DNA of 32,056 bases from a virus (taxonomy: Duplodnaviria > Caudoviricetes), in IMG/VR virus record IMGVR_UViG_3300037506_000150, positions 1 through 32,056 of that record. The stretch is one strand, 5' to 3'. Under the pieces are notes generated by a model. That model did no database searches, had not been told where the DNA came from, and saw only the letters and a program-made list of their open reading frames with translations. The translations under genes and the position numbers were made by a program. Positions 8,680 to 17,035 of the stretch are shown in pieces. Numbering within the stretch: the first letter of the stretch is position 1; every line of letters begins with the position of its first letter.

Positions 8680-9494
8680 TGTTAAGCGTCATTGATAGAC
8701 CGAGATCGACGCGCCCGAGCTGGCCGTTCACGCTGAATACGGGCAGTCCGCAGGCGAAGGGGCTCGTTGCCTGCTGGCCGATGCTTCGGATCGGAAAATC
8801 GCTGAATGAGCTGGTGATGGGATACTTCGGTAGTCTCACTGGGCCTACGGGGCACGGGACTCCGGGTTTTGGCTTTGTATCATACTTCGACGGCACTGAC
8901 GACTACGGGATGGTGCCTCATAATACGCAGTTCACTCTCGGGTCCAACTTCACGTACTCTATCTGGGTGTGCCCGCATTCGGTTGACAGCAATCGCCAAA
9001 TCGTCACGAAGGGCCCCGATGGAGCGGAGCAATTCGAGTTTATCATCGGCGACTCGGTGTTATATTGTACTGTCACATTCACTACGGCTGGCCGTATATA
9101 CATATACTCCGCCGGACCGCCAGATGTAAACAAATGGACGCTGCTCACGGGCACCTACGATGGAACGACGTTTCGTTTGTACTTCAACGGCGTCGAACAG
9201 GCAAACACCACGGTCAGCGGCGACTCGATGGTCGAACAGTCGAATGACATTTATTTCGGCGCGGAGGACACTGGGAACGCGCGGTATTACCACGGCCTGA
9301 TGACTGATTTTCGCCTATACCGGCGATGTTTCAGCCCGCAGGAGATATGGGCGCTGTACAACCCGGCAACTCGTTGGGATCTGTACCGACAGCCTCGCAA
9401 GCTATGGATAAATTCTACTGCTGCTCCTGCCACGGCCCTATTCAATGCCGGTTGGGCAAAATATCCACAGGTTGTGGGAGTGGGAGTGATTTAA
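8679..9494 (+). CDS. LamG/concanavalin A-like lectin domain protein (putative receptor binding)
   Basis: GLVACW, FDGTDDY, FTYSIWV, WTLLTGTYDG..RLYFNG, FHG-like YHGLMTDFRLYRR..EIWALY; TGATG coupling. Confidence 0.9.
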   Translation: MLSVIDRPRSTRPSWPFTLNTGSPQAKGLVACWPMLRIGKSLNELVMGYFGSLTGPTGHGTPGFGFVSYFDGTDDYGMVPHNTQFTLGSNFTYSIWVCPHSVDSNRQIVTKGPDGAEQFEFIIGDSVLYCTVTFTTAGRIYIYSAGPPDVNKWTLLTGTYDGTTFRLYFNGVEQANTTVSGDSMVEQSNDIYFGAEDTGNARYYHGLMTDFRLYRRCFSPQEIWALYNPATRWDLYRQPRKLWINSTAAPATALFNAGWAKYPQVVGVGVI

Positions 9495-9495
9495 A

Positions 9496-9687
9496 ATGAT
9501 ACTCGATTGTTCGCAAAGAATCACTGTGGATGGGGCTATCGTTTTCCCAGACTGGAATTTCTCTTCCAATGCAGATCAAGGTCCGTCTCCTACAGGTCCA
9601 GTACATAAGGAAATTGTAGTCCTTCGAGGGACCAACATTGGATCTACCTTTCGTGCTGGTGGCATAATAGACGATCCAGAGCCATGA
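9496..9687 (+). CDS. Hypothetical protein
   Basis: Starts 1 nt after the LamG stop and fills the gap before the promoter; no recognisable motif. Confidence 0.4.
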   Translation: MILDCSQRITVDGAIVFPDWNFSSNADQGPSPTGPVHKEIVVLRGTNIGSTFRAGGIIDDPEP

Positions 9688-9691
9688 TGTG

Positions 9692-9720
9692 TTGACTCCA
9701 ATTTGTAGTAATAATATAAT
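9692..9720 (+). promoter_or_regulatory. sigma70-type promoter
   Basis: TTGACT (9692-9697) - 17 nt - TATAAT (9715-9720) in an AT-rich intergenic region. Confidence 0.85.
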
Positions 9721-9730
9721 GTAATATTGA

Positions 9731-9755
9731 ATGGCGAGCCTTCGCCGTTTTTATT
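9731..9755 (+). terminator. Terminator-like hairpin
   Basis: ATGGCGA-GCCT-TCGCCGT followed by TTTTATT. Confidence 0.5.
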
Positions 9756-9778
9756 AGAGGAGGATAATAAGATCTGTT

Positions 9779-9988
9779 ATGGGGGTAGCCATATTCAATC
9801 TTCCAAACGATCACAAGGAAACCCTGATGAAACTGTCAGAAAAGACAGGACTTACTCTGTCGGAGCACCTCCGCAGAATGGTGGTTTCCTATCAACCGAT
9901 AATGGAGAAAGCACTGAGCGGGGCGATGGTGGTGGGAGTAGAGGTACATACCACTTCCGGCAGCGTCTGGATCGGAAGGGGGTATTAG
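9779..9988 (+). CDS. Ribbon-helix-helix (CopG/Arc-like) DNA-binding protein
   Basis: AIFNLPNDHKETLMKLSEKTGLTLSEHLRRMV matches the strand-helix-G-x-S-E-helix RHH pattern; first gene after the promoter. Confidence 0.75.
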   Translation: MGVAIFNLPNDHKETLMKLSEKTGLTLSEHLRRMVVSYQPIMEKALSGAMVVGVEVHTTSGSVWIGRGY

Positions 9989-9989
9989 C

Positions 9990-10643
9990 ATGGCTGGGGC
10001 ATGGGAGATACGAGACTCAAATCTGGTAGTCTGCGGCATTCTTCATACTGAAGTGACCACAATGGCCTGGTCTCTGGGGTTCCGAAATCTGCAAATTCCA
10101 GGTCCAGTCCTTCCTCTTACTGGAATGCCGTTTGATCATGCCAGAAACGTCGCCTGCCAGAAGGCTCTCGAAATCGGGGCACAATATATCTTCTTTCTCG
10201 ACAGTGACGTGGTTCCTCCCCATGATGCTATTTATAGGCTGATTTCTCATCGACAGCCAATTATCAGCGGGGTATATTGCCGCCGAAGTCCTCCTGTGGC
10301 AGTGCCGGTATTGATCAGAAATGGAACATGGTTCACTGTTCCTCCGAATTCAGGGATAGTAGAAATAGATCTGGTTGGCGCTGGTTGTCTTCTGATACAT
10401 CGATCCCTTCTTGAAAGCCTCCCCCCACAGAGACCGGGGAAGAGGTGGTTTGATTGGAGAGTGGACATGCAGGGCATTCTTCCCCCCGGAGAATGTCTGA
10501 GTGAAGACTTTACCTACTGTCAGCATGTAAGAAGACACGGACACAAGGTACTGTGTGATACTTCAATCCAGTGCAGGCACATTGGCTATGGTGAGGCTAC
10601 TTACGGACAATTCAAACCTCTGGAGACCATTCCGGTAACATGA
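9990..10643 (+). CDS. GT-A fold glycosyltransferase (GT2-like)
   Basis: HARN, YIFFLDSD (DxD), ISGVY, GAGCLLIHR, SEDFTYC, D...C.HIG. Confidence 0.9.
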   Translation: MAGAWEIRDSNLVVCGILHTEVTTMAWSLGFRNLQIPGPVLPLTGMPFDHARNVACQKALEIGAQYIFFLDSDVVPPHDAIYRLISHRQPIISGVYCRRSPPVAVPVLIRNGTWFTVPPNSGIVEIDLVGAGCLLIHRSLLESLPPQRPGKRWFDWRVDMQGILPPGECLSEDFTYCQHVRRHGHKVLCDTSIQCRHIGYGEATYGQFKPLETIPVT

Positions 10644-10840
10644 CGAGTCATGACAAGAAGATGCGAGCATTTAACATGGGAAGTGATGCTCGCCTGGCTG
10701 GCAAGTCCATGGATCGAAATCCTTATGTGGAAAGGAGTCACTCATGGAAATACTGGAACATGGGGTGGAGAGACGTAAATAAAAATTGGGGAGCATGGGC
10801 TAAATGGCCAGTGAAGAATCTTCCTGAAGTAGAGGAATAA
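10640..10840 (+). CDS. Ribosome modulation factor (Rmf)-like protein
   Basis: RAFNMGSDARLAGKSMDRNPY...YWNMGWRD follows the Rmf pattern RA..xG..A..xG.S...xPY...W..GW. Confidence 0.65.
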   Translation: MTSHDKKMRAFNMGSDARLAGKSMDRNPYVERSHSWKYWNMGWRDVNKNWGAWAKWPVKNLPEVEE

Positions 10841-10843
10841 TTC

Positions 10844-11074
10844 ATGTGGTGGTACTGGGTTCTGTTTTGTTCTTGGCCTGCATTTTCGATCCTTTCCTAT
10901 TTTTCTCTGAGGATGTTCTTTAAAACAATTTGCCCTCGCTGGACCAAGGGAGATAGAAGGGCAACGATTGCCTTATCAATTCCAGGCCCCATATCTTTCG
11001 TAGCAACGCTCGCTTGCTTTATTTGTGCTTTTGTAGGTTCCATGAAAGACAACGACGACGAAGCCTCGTGGTAA
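10844..11074 (+). CDS. Small two-TM membrane protein
   Basis: Two hydrophobic stretches; SD GAGGA upstream. Confidence 0.65.
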   Translation: MWWYWVLFCSWPAFSILSYFSLRMFFKTICPRWTKGDRRATIALSIPGPISFVATLACFICAFVGSMKDNDDEASW

Positions 11075-11080
11075 TTTAAA

Positions 11081-12205
11081 ATGAAAATCTGCGTAATTTC
11101 TTCCACCATATTTCCATGCCCTCCGTCTGGTTACTCCGGACTGGAAATGATTGCCTGGCAGACGGCAGAGGGACTGGCAAGAAAGGGCCATCAGGTCACT
11201 CTGGTTGCTCCAGATGGATCCAAGTGCGATCATGCTCAAATATTCCCAACTGGTCCTGCCAAGGTACACGATGAAAAGATGGCTTATGCTGGGTACAAAT
11301 TCAGGACTGGAACCAAGGTCAAGGATCAGGATGGAAACGAAATAGATGAGGAAATAATTGTTCCTCCATTCTGGCCTATTCTTGCAGATCATGATGTAAT
11401 AATCGATCACAGTTGGGCAAAATATCCGTATCTCCTTAAAGAAGAAGGGGTTCTGAAAAGTCCTGTTCTTGGAGTGATGCACGCTCCAGTAAATACCATG
11501 TACAACAGACCTCCTCCGGTAGAGAAGCCTTGCATAGTCTGCATCAGTGATGACCAAAGGAATCATTACGAAGCCCTGTTTTCTCCGGGAGAAGCCAGAA
11601 CCTGCCGGAACGGAATCGATCTGGACTTTTATAAACCGATGGGAATACGAAGAACAGGAAGGTTTCTGTTTCTGGCCAGGTTTTCAACCATCAAGGGACC
11701 AGACCTGGCCATCAACGCTTGCAAGAAAGCAGGAGCAGAATTGGATCTAGTTGGAGATACCAGCATAACAAACGAGCCGGACTATCTGGAACAGTGTAAA
11801 AGAATGTGTGATGGACAGAAGATCAGGATGGTTGGCCCAGCTTCTCGCGGTGAGTGTGTCTGGTGGTTCTCTCAGTCGCATGTCCTTCTGCACCCCAATC
11901 AGAGGTTTCGAGAGCCTCTTGGGCTGGCTCCTTTGGAAAGTATGGCTTGCGGAACTCCTGTAATTGCATGGCGTTACGGAGCCATGAAAGAAACAGTAAA
12001 AGAAAGAGAGACAGGCTGGTTAATTTCTTCTCTGAACGAACTTGTCGAGTGTATTAATATGGTAAAGGGAGAGAATCCAGCCGAGACCTGGCTGTGGATG
12101 AGGAACAGATGTCGGGAATGGGTTGGAGATCATTTCTCTGTGCAGAGAATGATCGATAGATACGAAGAACTCTGTATTGAAGCATTAGATACTGGAGGAT
12201 GGTAA
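11081..12205 (+). CDS. GT4 (GT-B fold) glycosyltransferase
   Basis: MKI...PP..YSGLE, GHQVTL, NGID, RFSTIKG, EPLGLAPLESMACGTPVI (EX7E). Confidence 0.95.
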   Translation: MKICVISSTIFPCPPSGYSGLEMIAWQTAEGLARKGHQVTLVAPDGSKCDHAQIFPTGPAKVHDEKMAYAGYKFRTGTKVKDQDGNEIDEEIIVPPFWPILADHDVIIDHSWAKYPYLLKEEGVLKSPVLGVMHAPVNTMYNRPPPVEKPCIVCISDDQRNHYEALFSPGEARTCRNGIDLDFYKPMGIRRTGRFLFLARFSTIKGPDLAINACKKAGAELDLVGDTSITNEPDYLEQCKRMCDGQKIRMVGPASRGECVWWFSQSHVLLHPNQRFREPLGLAPLESMACGTPVIAWRYGAMKETVKERETGWLISSLNELVECINMVKGENPAETWLWMRNRCREWVGDHFSVQRMIDRYEELCIEALDTGGW

Positions 12206-12483
12206 TGTCTCAAAAGTTCAAAACGCATTGCAAGCCGTCCGAGTCCTATGAAGTGCTAGAAGAAACCACATGTGACATTTGTGGGAAGAAAGCACCAACT
12301 GCTGATTTAGGGGTACTTCCAAATTGGGAAGGTAGGAGAGAGTCCAATCAAATTGTATGTGGGTTTGGGTTTGCGTATGTAGAAGTCTCCATGAAATTTG
12401 ATTTGTGTCCTCAATGTTTTCATCACAAACTTGTTCCGTGGCTGAAGGATCAGGGAGTAGATATCAATTCTAAAACGTATTAG
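12205..12483 (+). CDS. Small zinc-binding hypothetical protein
   Basis: TCDICGK ... DLCPQC; TAATG coupling with GGAGG 6 nt upstream of ATG 12205. Confidence 0.7.
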   Translation: MSQKFKTHCKPSESYEVLEETTCDICGKKAPTADLGVLPNWEGRRESNQIVCGFGFAYVEVSMKFDLCPQCFHHKLVPWLKDQGVDINSKTY

Positions 12484-12490
12484 GGCGCAT

Positions 12491-12715
12491 GTGGGATGGA
12501 GGGGGGATGGTAGCATGGCAATGGTTACTTGTGACAGATGTGGCAAGACGTTTGGCAGGCAGGTGATCCTTTCGTCCGGTGGATACACCACGATAGGAGC
12601 AGTTTGTCCGTACTGTGGTCATTATCGACCAGATCCAGTAAAGCACGGAAGCGATAATAGATATGTAATCGAAAAGAAAGGAAATCCTTTTTACAAGGAC
12701 GATCCCTATTGTTAA
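12491..12715 (+). CDS. Small zinc-ribbon hypothetical protein
   Basis: CDRCGK ... CPYCGH; true start may be a downstream ATG (~12515-12521). Confidence 0.6.
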   Translation: MGWRGDGSMAMVTCDRCGKTFGRQVILSSGGYTTIGAVCPYCGHYRPDPVKHGSDNRYVIEKKGNPFYKDDPYC

Positions 12716-12729
12716 GAGAGTGGTTAATC

Positions 12730-12825
12730 ATGGATCCATTTACAGTTTTCATGGTCACTGTTCCGATCTTGGCAGTTGGACTAATAATTCTGCTGCACAT
12801 TCTCTCAGGTGAAGAGGAAGAGTAG
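12730..12825 (+). CDS. 31-aa single-TM peptide
   Basis: MDPFTVFMVTVPILAVGLIILLHILSGEEEE*; its TAG overlaps the GTG start of the next gene; too short for the ORF track. Confidence 0.55.
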   Translation: MDPFTVFMVTVPILAVGLIILLHILSGEEEE

Positions 12826-13901
12826 TGTCCTTCTTGTACATAACCGCAGATAAAGTGGGTTCTCCTTCTGGAGGAGGGGCAGTTACCTTTCATGAGTCCG
12901 AAGCCATGAAAGGTGTAGGAGACACTACTGTCCTGGACAGAACAGTAATACAAAGCGCCAGAAAGATAGAATCAGATCCATGGGGATGGGACGATGCAAT
13001 TTCGGAATGCTCCATATCTGGAGAGGATCTGAGCAAGATCAGGATTGCTCATTTTTATGCAGGCACCTTTACCAAGACGGTCAGGAAGTTGAAATCTTGT
13101 GGAACGAAGATTACCTATACTGCGGCGGCTCACGATGTACAGGAAAGCAAAAAAGCACACGAAGAACTCGGATTATCCTACAACTATCCGCATCTCACCG
13201 ATCCAGAATTGTGGAAGAGATATGTTGGTGGATATCTCGACGCCGATGTACTCATATGTCCATCCCAACATTCCGCTAATGTCATGCGAAACTTCGGTGC
13301 AACAAACGAGATTGTCGTCATTCCCCACGGTGTTATCCTCCCAGACAGGACAGTTCGTCCTCCCAGAAACTTCACTGTCGGCTATCTCGGAGCGATTGGT
13401 CCGGATAAGGGAATCCGATACTTATTGGAAGCATGGGCGAAACTAGGATACCACGATGGATCTAGATTGATTCTTGGAGGAGCCCACACAATTCCGGGGA
13501 CTACTTCTTTTCAATGGCTAAGCAGCATGGTTTCCGCTTTTCTTGGGAACCAAGCATATACAGTAGGGTATACGGGTTGGGTAGAAAACGTATCAGATTT
13601 TTACAACTCGATTTCCTTATATGTGCAATCTAGTGTTAGCGAGGGTTTTGGAATTGAGATCCTAGAATCAATGGCTCACAATCGTCCAGTATTGTGTTCT
13701 ACCGGGGCTGGGGCAGTAGATCTGGTTCCAGAGTGGTACAGATTTCCAGCCAAAGATGTTAATAGTCTTGCTGAAAAGATTGAAGTGCTAAAACACAAAC
13801 AATTGGAAATGGACGATCCTTCGTGGACGGAAATAGCCAGGAGATTCACATGGGACAAGATCAGATTGGAATACCAGAAGGTATGGAGGAACCTGCTGTG
13901 A
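12825..13901 (+). CDS. GT4 (GT-B fold) glycosyltransferase
   Basis: SGGGAV, ICPS, IPHGV, GYLG..PDKG..YLLEAW, SEGFGIEILESMAHNRPV (EX7E). Confidence 0.95.
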   Translation: MSFLYITADKVGSPSGGGAVTFHESEAMKGVGDTTVLDRTVIQSARKIESDPWGWDDAISECSISGEDLSKIRIAHFYAGTFTKTVRKLKSCGTKITYTAAAHDVQESKKAHEELGLSYNYPHLTDPELWKRYVGGYLDADVLICPSQHSANVMRNFGATNEIVVIPHGVILPDRTVRPPRNFTVGYLGAIGPDKGIRYLLEAWAKLGYHDGSRLILGGAHTIPGTTSFQWLSSMVSAFLGNQAYTVGYTGWVENVSDFYNSISLYVQSSVSEGFGIEILESMAHNRPVLCSTGAGAVDLVPEWYRFPAKDVNSLAEKIEVLKHKQLEMDDPSWTEIARRFTWDKIRLEYQKVWRNLL

Positions 13902-14188
13902 GAACTAGCATTGTCAGTCCTGACGAAGTTATTAACAGAATTGCCAAAGACGAAGAAATCTTCTTTCAGGAGTCCATCACAAGAATCAATATGATTCTCG
14001 ATGCGGCGCAGGAATTCCCTGTAACTATAAAAGAATCTGATCTCGGTCCTACCAAAAGAGTTCGTCAGAGAATATTGGAACGAATTAAGTATGTTGGGTG
14101 GTTCTGCAACTCCAGAGCAAGCAAGGAAGACTCTCGATACTGGGTATATGAGATATCTCCTCTGGACAAGAAAGGAGACAGGAAATGA
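13898..14188 (+). CDS. Hypothetical protein
   Basis: GTGA overlap and GGAGGA SD favour a start at 13898 rather than 13823. Confidence 0.65.
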   Translation: MRTSIVSPDEVINRIAKDEEIFFQESITRINMILDAAQEFPVTIKESDLGPTKRVRQRILERIKYVGWFCNSRASKEDSRYWVYEISPLDKKGDRK

Positions 14189-14436
14189 GGAATGTAGGAG
14201 TTAGATTCCTCCTTCATGGAGGAGTCTATGTTGATGTGGTATTGCTGGAATCCGAAGCCAGAGGAATCATGGATGGGTTCCACAAGGGGACGCTGAAAGA
14301 GATCATTGGACAACCAGATCATGTACAAGGGCCGTGGGTTATCAGGACCAGTAATATCCAAGCAATTCAGATGGGACAGTTGCAGGTAAGCCACCACTCT
14401 GTTGTTCCGCAAATTGGACTGTCGGGAATTAAATAG
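14185..14436 (+). CDS. Hypothetical protein
   Basis: AGGAGA SD; ATGA overlap. Confidence 0.7.
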   Translation: MRNVGVRFLLHGGVYVDVVLLESEARGIMDGFHKGTLKEIIGQPDHVQGPWVIRTSNIQAIQMGQLQVSHHSVVPQIGLSGIK

Positions 14437-14456
14437 TTTGATACGGAGAGGAGGGA

Positions 14457-14966
14457 GTGGAGTGGTTAATCATGATCGATCTTACACTCTGGCTCCTTCT
14501 GACAATAAAGATTAAAGAACTGGGAAACGACAACTTTCGTGTCAGGCAGAAAGCAACCGAGGAACTGGTATCTATGGGAGACTTGCCCATACCATTTCTT
14601 CGGTTGATTGCTGCCAGTCATGAAGATCCAGAGGTTCGTCATCGTGCCTCTGGAATAATATGTGATTGGTATGGATCTATCAGTCCTACTAACTATCCAG
14701 CCATTCCGTGGATAGATCAGCTTCCCAAGGAGTTTCCTGGAAGAGACGAGATTGTTTCCAAATACTTGAGCATGGTTCCCTGGACGATCGAGGATGCCAT
14801 ATTTCCAGAGTGGCCCAGGTACAGAACGGCTACCTACCTTATGATTCTGGATCTAATCGACTCCGGGAAAACTAGGAGAGAGGTAATCTCCATTTTGGAT
14901 AGCATGGTCAAGATCGAAAAAGAGTATTGTAAAAGCAATAACATTAAACTCTTGGATGAGAAATGA
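14457..14966 (+). CDS. Protein with a hydrophobic N-terminus and a HEAT-like repeat
   Basis: IKELGNDNFRVRQKATEELVSMG...EDPEVRHRASGII. Start is GTG 14457 or ATG 14472. Confidence 0.75.
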   Translation: MEWLIMIDLTLWLLLTIKIKELGNDNFRVRQKATEELVSMGDLPIPFLRLIAASHEDPEVRHRASGIICDWYGSISPTNYPAIPWIDQLPKEFPGRDEIVSKYLSMVPWTIEDAIFPEWPRYRTATYLMILDLIDSGKTRREVISILDSMVKIEKEYCKSNNIKLLDEK

Positions 14967-16870
14967 CAATCACCATCAAATCTGAGCCTAACCAGAGAAT
15001 AATTGAACTGGGCGGGGGAGATAACCCCAATCCAGCCTGTGAAGTTAATGTGGACGTTCGACCTGGACCAAAGACCAATTTTGTAGCAGACTTTAACGAA
15101 CCACTTCCGATCAATTCTGATGAGTGGGACGGAGTTTTCAGTCAGTTTGTGATCGAGCATCTATCCTGGAGGAAGGTCCGACAGTTTATCTCCGAGGTAT
15201 TCCGCATTTTGAAGCCGGGAGGCAAGGCAGTCATAGTTACTGCTAACACAGAAGCGCAGATGGAATGGATCAAGAATCATCCGGAAGGGTGGGACGGTAA
15301 GTCCTTCTTTGATTCTGCTAGTTGTATCCTATTTGGAGATCAGGACTACCCCGAAAATTCTCACAAGAATTACATGTCTTTTGGAGTAGCCAAATATCTG
15401 TTCTCTAGCGCCGGGTTCGAGAACATAAAAGTTTTGGGATATGGAAACGCCATGACTGATTTGGTGATCGAAGCTACAAAACCGGGTGCGGTTAGAACCA
15501 AGGCACCAGAAGAAACAAAAAAGTCTCCACATGAAGTACACACAAATGTCTTCGGGACAAACGTATCTCCAATGGCACACCATCCAGTGCTTCCAGCAGA
15601 ACCTGTCAAGCAGGAAGAATACAAACCAGATTCTCTGTTTGACAAGGCTTATTTTAATGGTGGCGGTAGGGTGGGTGGTTACGCCAGAGAGGGGTATTGG
15701 GACTATCCAGTCCACCATGTTACTGCCCAGCATATCCTGTCCAGAGATCCAAAATCGGTGTTGGAAATTGGAGCAGCCCGAGGATATATCCTCAAGAGGG
15801 TTCAGGATGCTGGAGTAATGGGGGTAGGTCTGGAAGTAAGCAAACACTGCTACATGACCAGGGTTGCAGACAGGATCATCAACCACAATATTTGCAAGAC
15901 ACCGTGGCCTGTTAACAATGGAGGGTATGATCTGTGTTATTCTGTCGCTACCCTGGAGCACATTCCAGAATCATACCTTCCGGCAGTGGTCAAAGAAATG
16001 CAGCGGACCTGCCGCAGGGGATTGCACGGCATAGATTTTGGAGACAAGGACGATGGATTCGACAAGACCCATTGCAGTTTGAAACCAAAATCTTTCTGGG
16101 AAGATATTTTCCGTGCCCATGCTCCTGACTGGCCAGTAGAAATAGTAGACAAGGAAGAACTGGAGAGGGGGACGATCCCAACCGAAATTCTCCATGGAGA
16201 TGGAAAGATCAAACTGAATATTGGATCTTTCACAACCATGTTCCATCATGGATGGGAGAATATCGACGTACACGATCTATACGGTTTTGCTCAGCAGCAC
16301 GGATACAAGTATCGCAGACACGATATTCGACAGGGGATCCCATACGGAACTGGAGTAGTGGATCTGATCTTCTGTTGTCACATGCTGGAGCACCTGACGT
16401 ATCAGGAAGGGATCGCATTCCTGAGAGAATGCCGCAGGGTGATCAGACCTGGTGGAGCTATGCGGTTTATCGTTCCAGACGCCAAACTTCTCATGAGATC
16501 TTACGGACATGGTTATTTTTGGGATGTGTGTTCCAGCAAACACGATAGTCCCCCGACTCCACTGGATGACTTTGATGAGATTAACGATGGCTGCGCTGCT
16601 TCTCCAACAGACGCAGGAAAATTGTGGGCTCTCCTCCACGAAGGACACAACAGTTGCTACGACGGACACACACTGGTTAAAGCAATGGAATCTGCAATGT
16701 TCGATGCCAGAGTTGTTCCTTTCCGATCCAATTCCAAAGAGCCAGGAATAGAATGTCTGCATGATGGATTGAATCAGATCCTTTGTGAAACTCTGGATAT
16801 GCTCCCATGTCTTTCTCTCTATGTGGATGCCATTCCCTTGTTGGGAGATTCTGGCAAAACACATGGATAA
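14963..16870 (+). CDS. Triple class-I SAM-dependent methyltransferase (Methyltransf_11-like x3)
   Basis: D1 IIELGGG..VIEHL..RILKPGG; D2 VLEIGAARG..GLEVS..TLEHIP; D3 KLNIGS..HMLEHL..RVIRPGG. Confidence 0.9.
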   Translation: MTITIKSEPNQRIIELGGGDNPNPACEVNVDVRPGPKTNFVADFNEPLPINSDEWDGVFSQFVIEHLSWRKVRQFISEVFRILKPGGKAVIVTANTEAQMEWIKNHPEGWDGKSFFDSASCILFGDQDYPENSHKNYMSFGVAKYLFSSAGFENIKVLGYGNAMTDLVIEATKPGAVRTKAPEETKKSPHEVHTNVFGTNVSPMAHHPVLPAEPVKQEEYKPDSLFDKAYFNGGGRVGGYAREGYWDYPVHHVTAQHILSRDPKSVLEIGAARGYILKRVQDAGVMGVGLEVSKHCYMTRVADRIINHNICKTPWPVNNGGYDLCYSVATLEHIPESYLPAVVKEMQRTCRRGLHGIDFGDKDDGFDKTHCSLKPKSFWEDIFRAHAPDWPVEIVDKEELERGTIPTEILHGDGKIKLNIGSFTTMFHHGWENIDVHDLYGFAQQHGYKYRRHDIRQGIPYGTGVVDLIFCCHMLEHLTYQEGIAFLRECRRVIRPGGAMRFIVPDAKLLMRSYGHGYFWDVCSSKHDSPPTPLDDFDEINDGCAASPTDAGKLWALLHEGHNSCYDGHTLVKAMESAMFDARVVPFRSNSKEPGIECLHDGLNQILCETLDMLPCLSLYVDAIPLLGDSGKTHG

Positions 16871-16872
16871 GT

Positions 16873-16904
16873 AGTTGACCTAAAATAATCGATCTAGATA
16901 TTCT
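16873..16904 (+). promoter_or_regulatory. Putative promoter, copy 1 of AGTTGACCTAAAATAA
   Basis: TTGACC (16875-16880) - 18 nt - TATTCT (16899-16904); the 16-mer is identical to 22015-22030. Confidence 0.65.
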
Positions 16905-16910
16905 GTGTAT

Positions 16911-17003
16911 AGAGGGGGCGTCCCCTCTTATGGAAGCCACAATTTCATAAGAGGGGACCAACCTTCTCGGGGATTCCCTAGAGTCTGAAGGCTCTGCCCC
17001 GGA
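16911..17003 (+). ncRNA. Candidate structured 5' leader with alternative hairpins
   Basis: AGAGGGG/CCCCTCT competes with TCCCCTCTTATGGAA/TTTCATAAGAGGGGA; a further stem TCGGGG/CCCCGG encloses AGAGTC-TGAA-GGCTCT. Confidence 0.4.
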
Positions 17004-17035
17004 TACGCTTACGCATTTTGCGAGGTATCTGGATC

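Noticed and set aside
9727-10029. 100-aa + strand ORF overlapping the RHH gene
   Set aside because: Starts at the predicted TSS, runs through the hairpin and has low-complexity content; the RHH frame is more convincing.
14963-16870. DNA methyltransferase explaining the GATC enrichment
   Set aside because: Lacks DNA MTase catalytic motifs; resembles small-molecule/sugar MTases.
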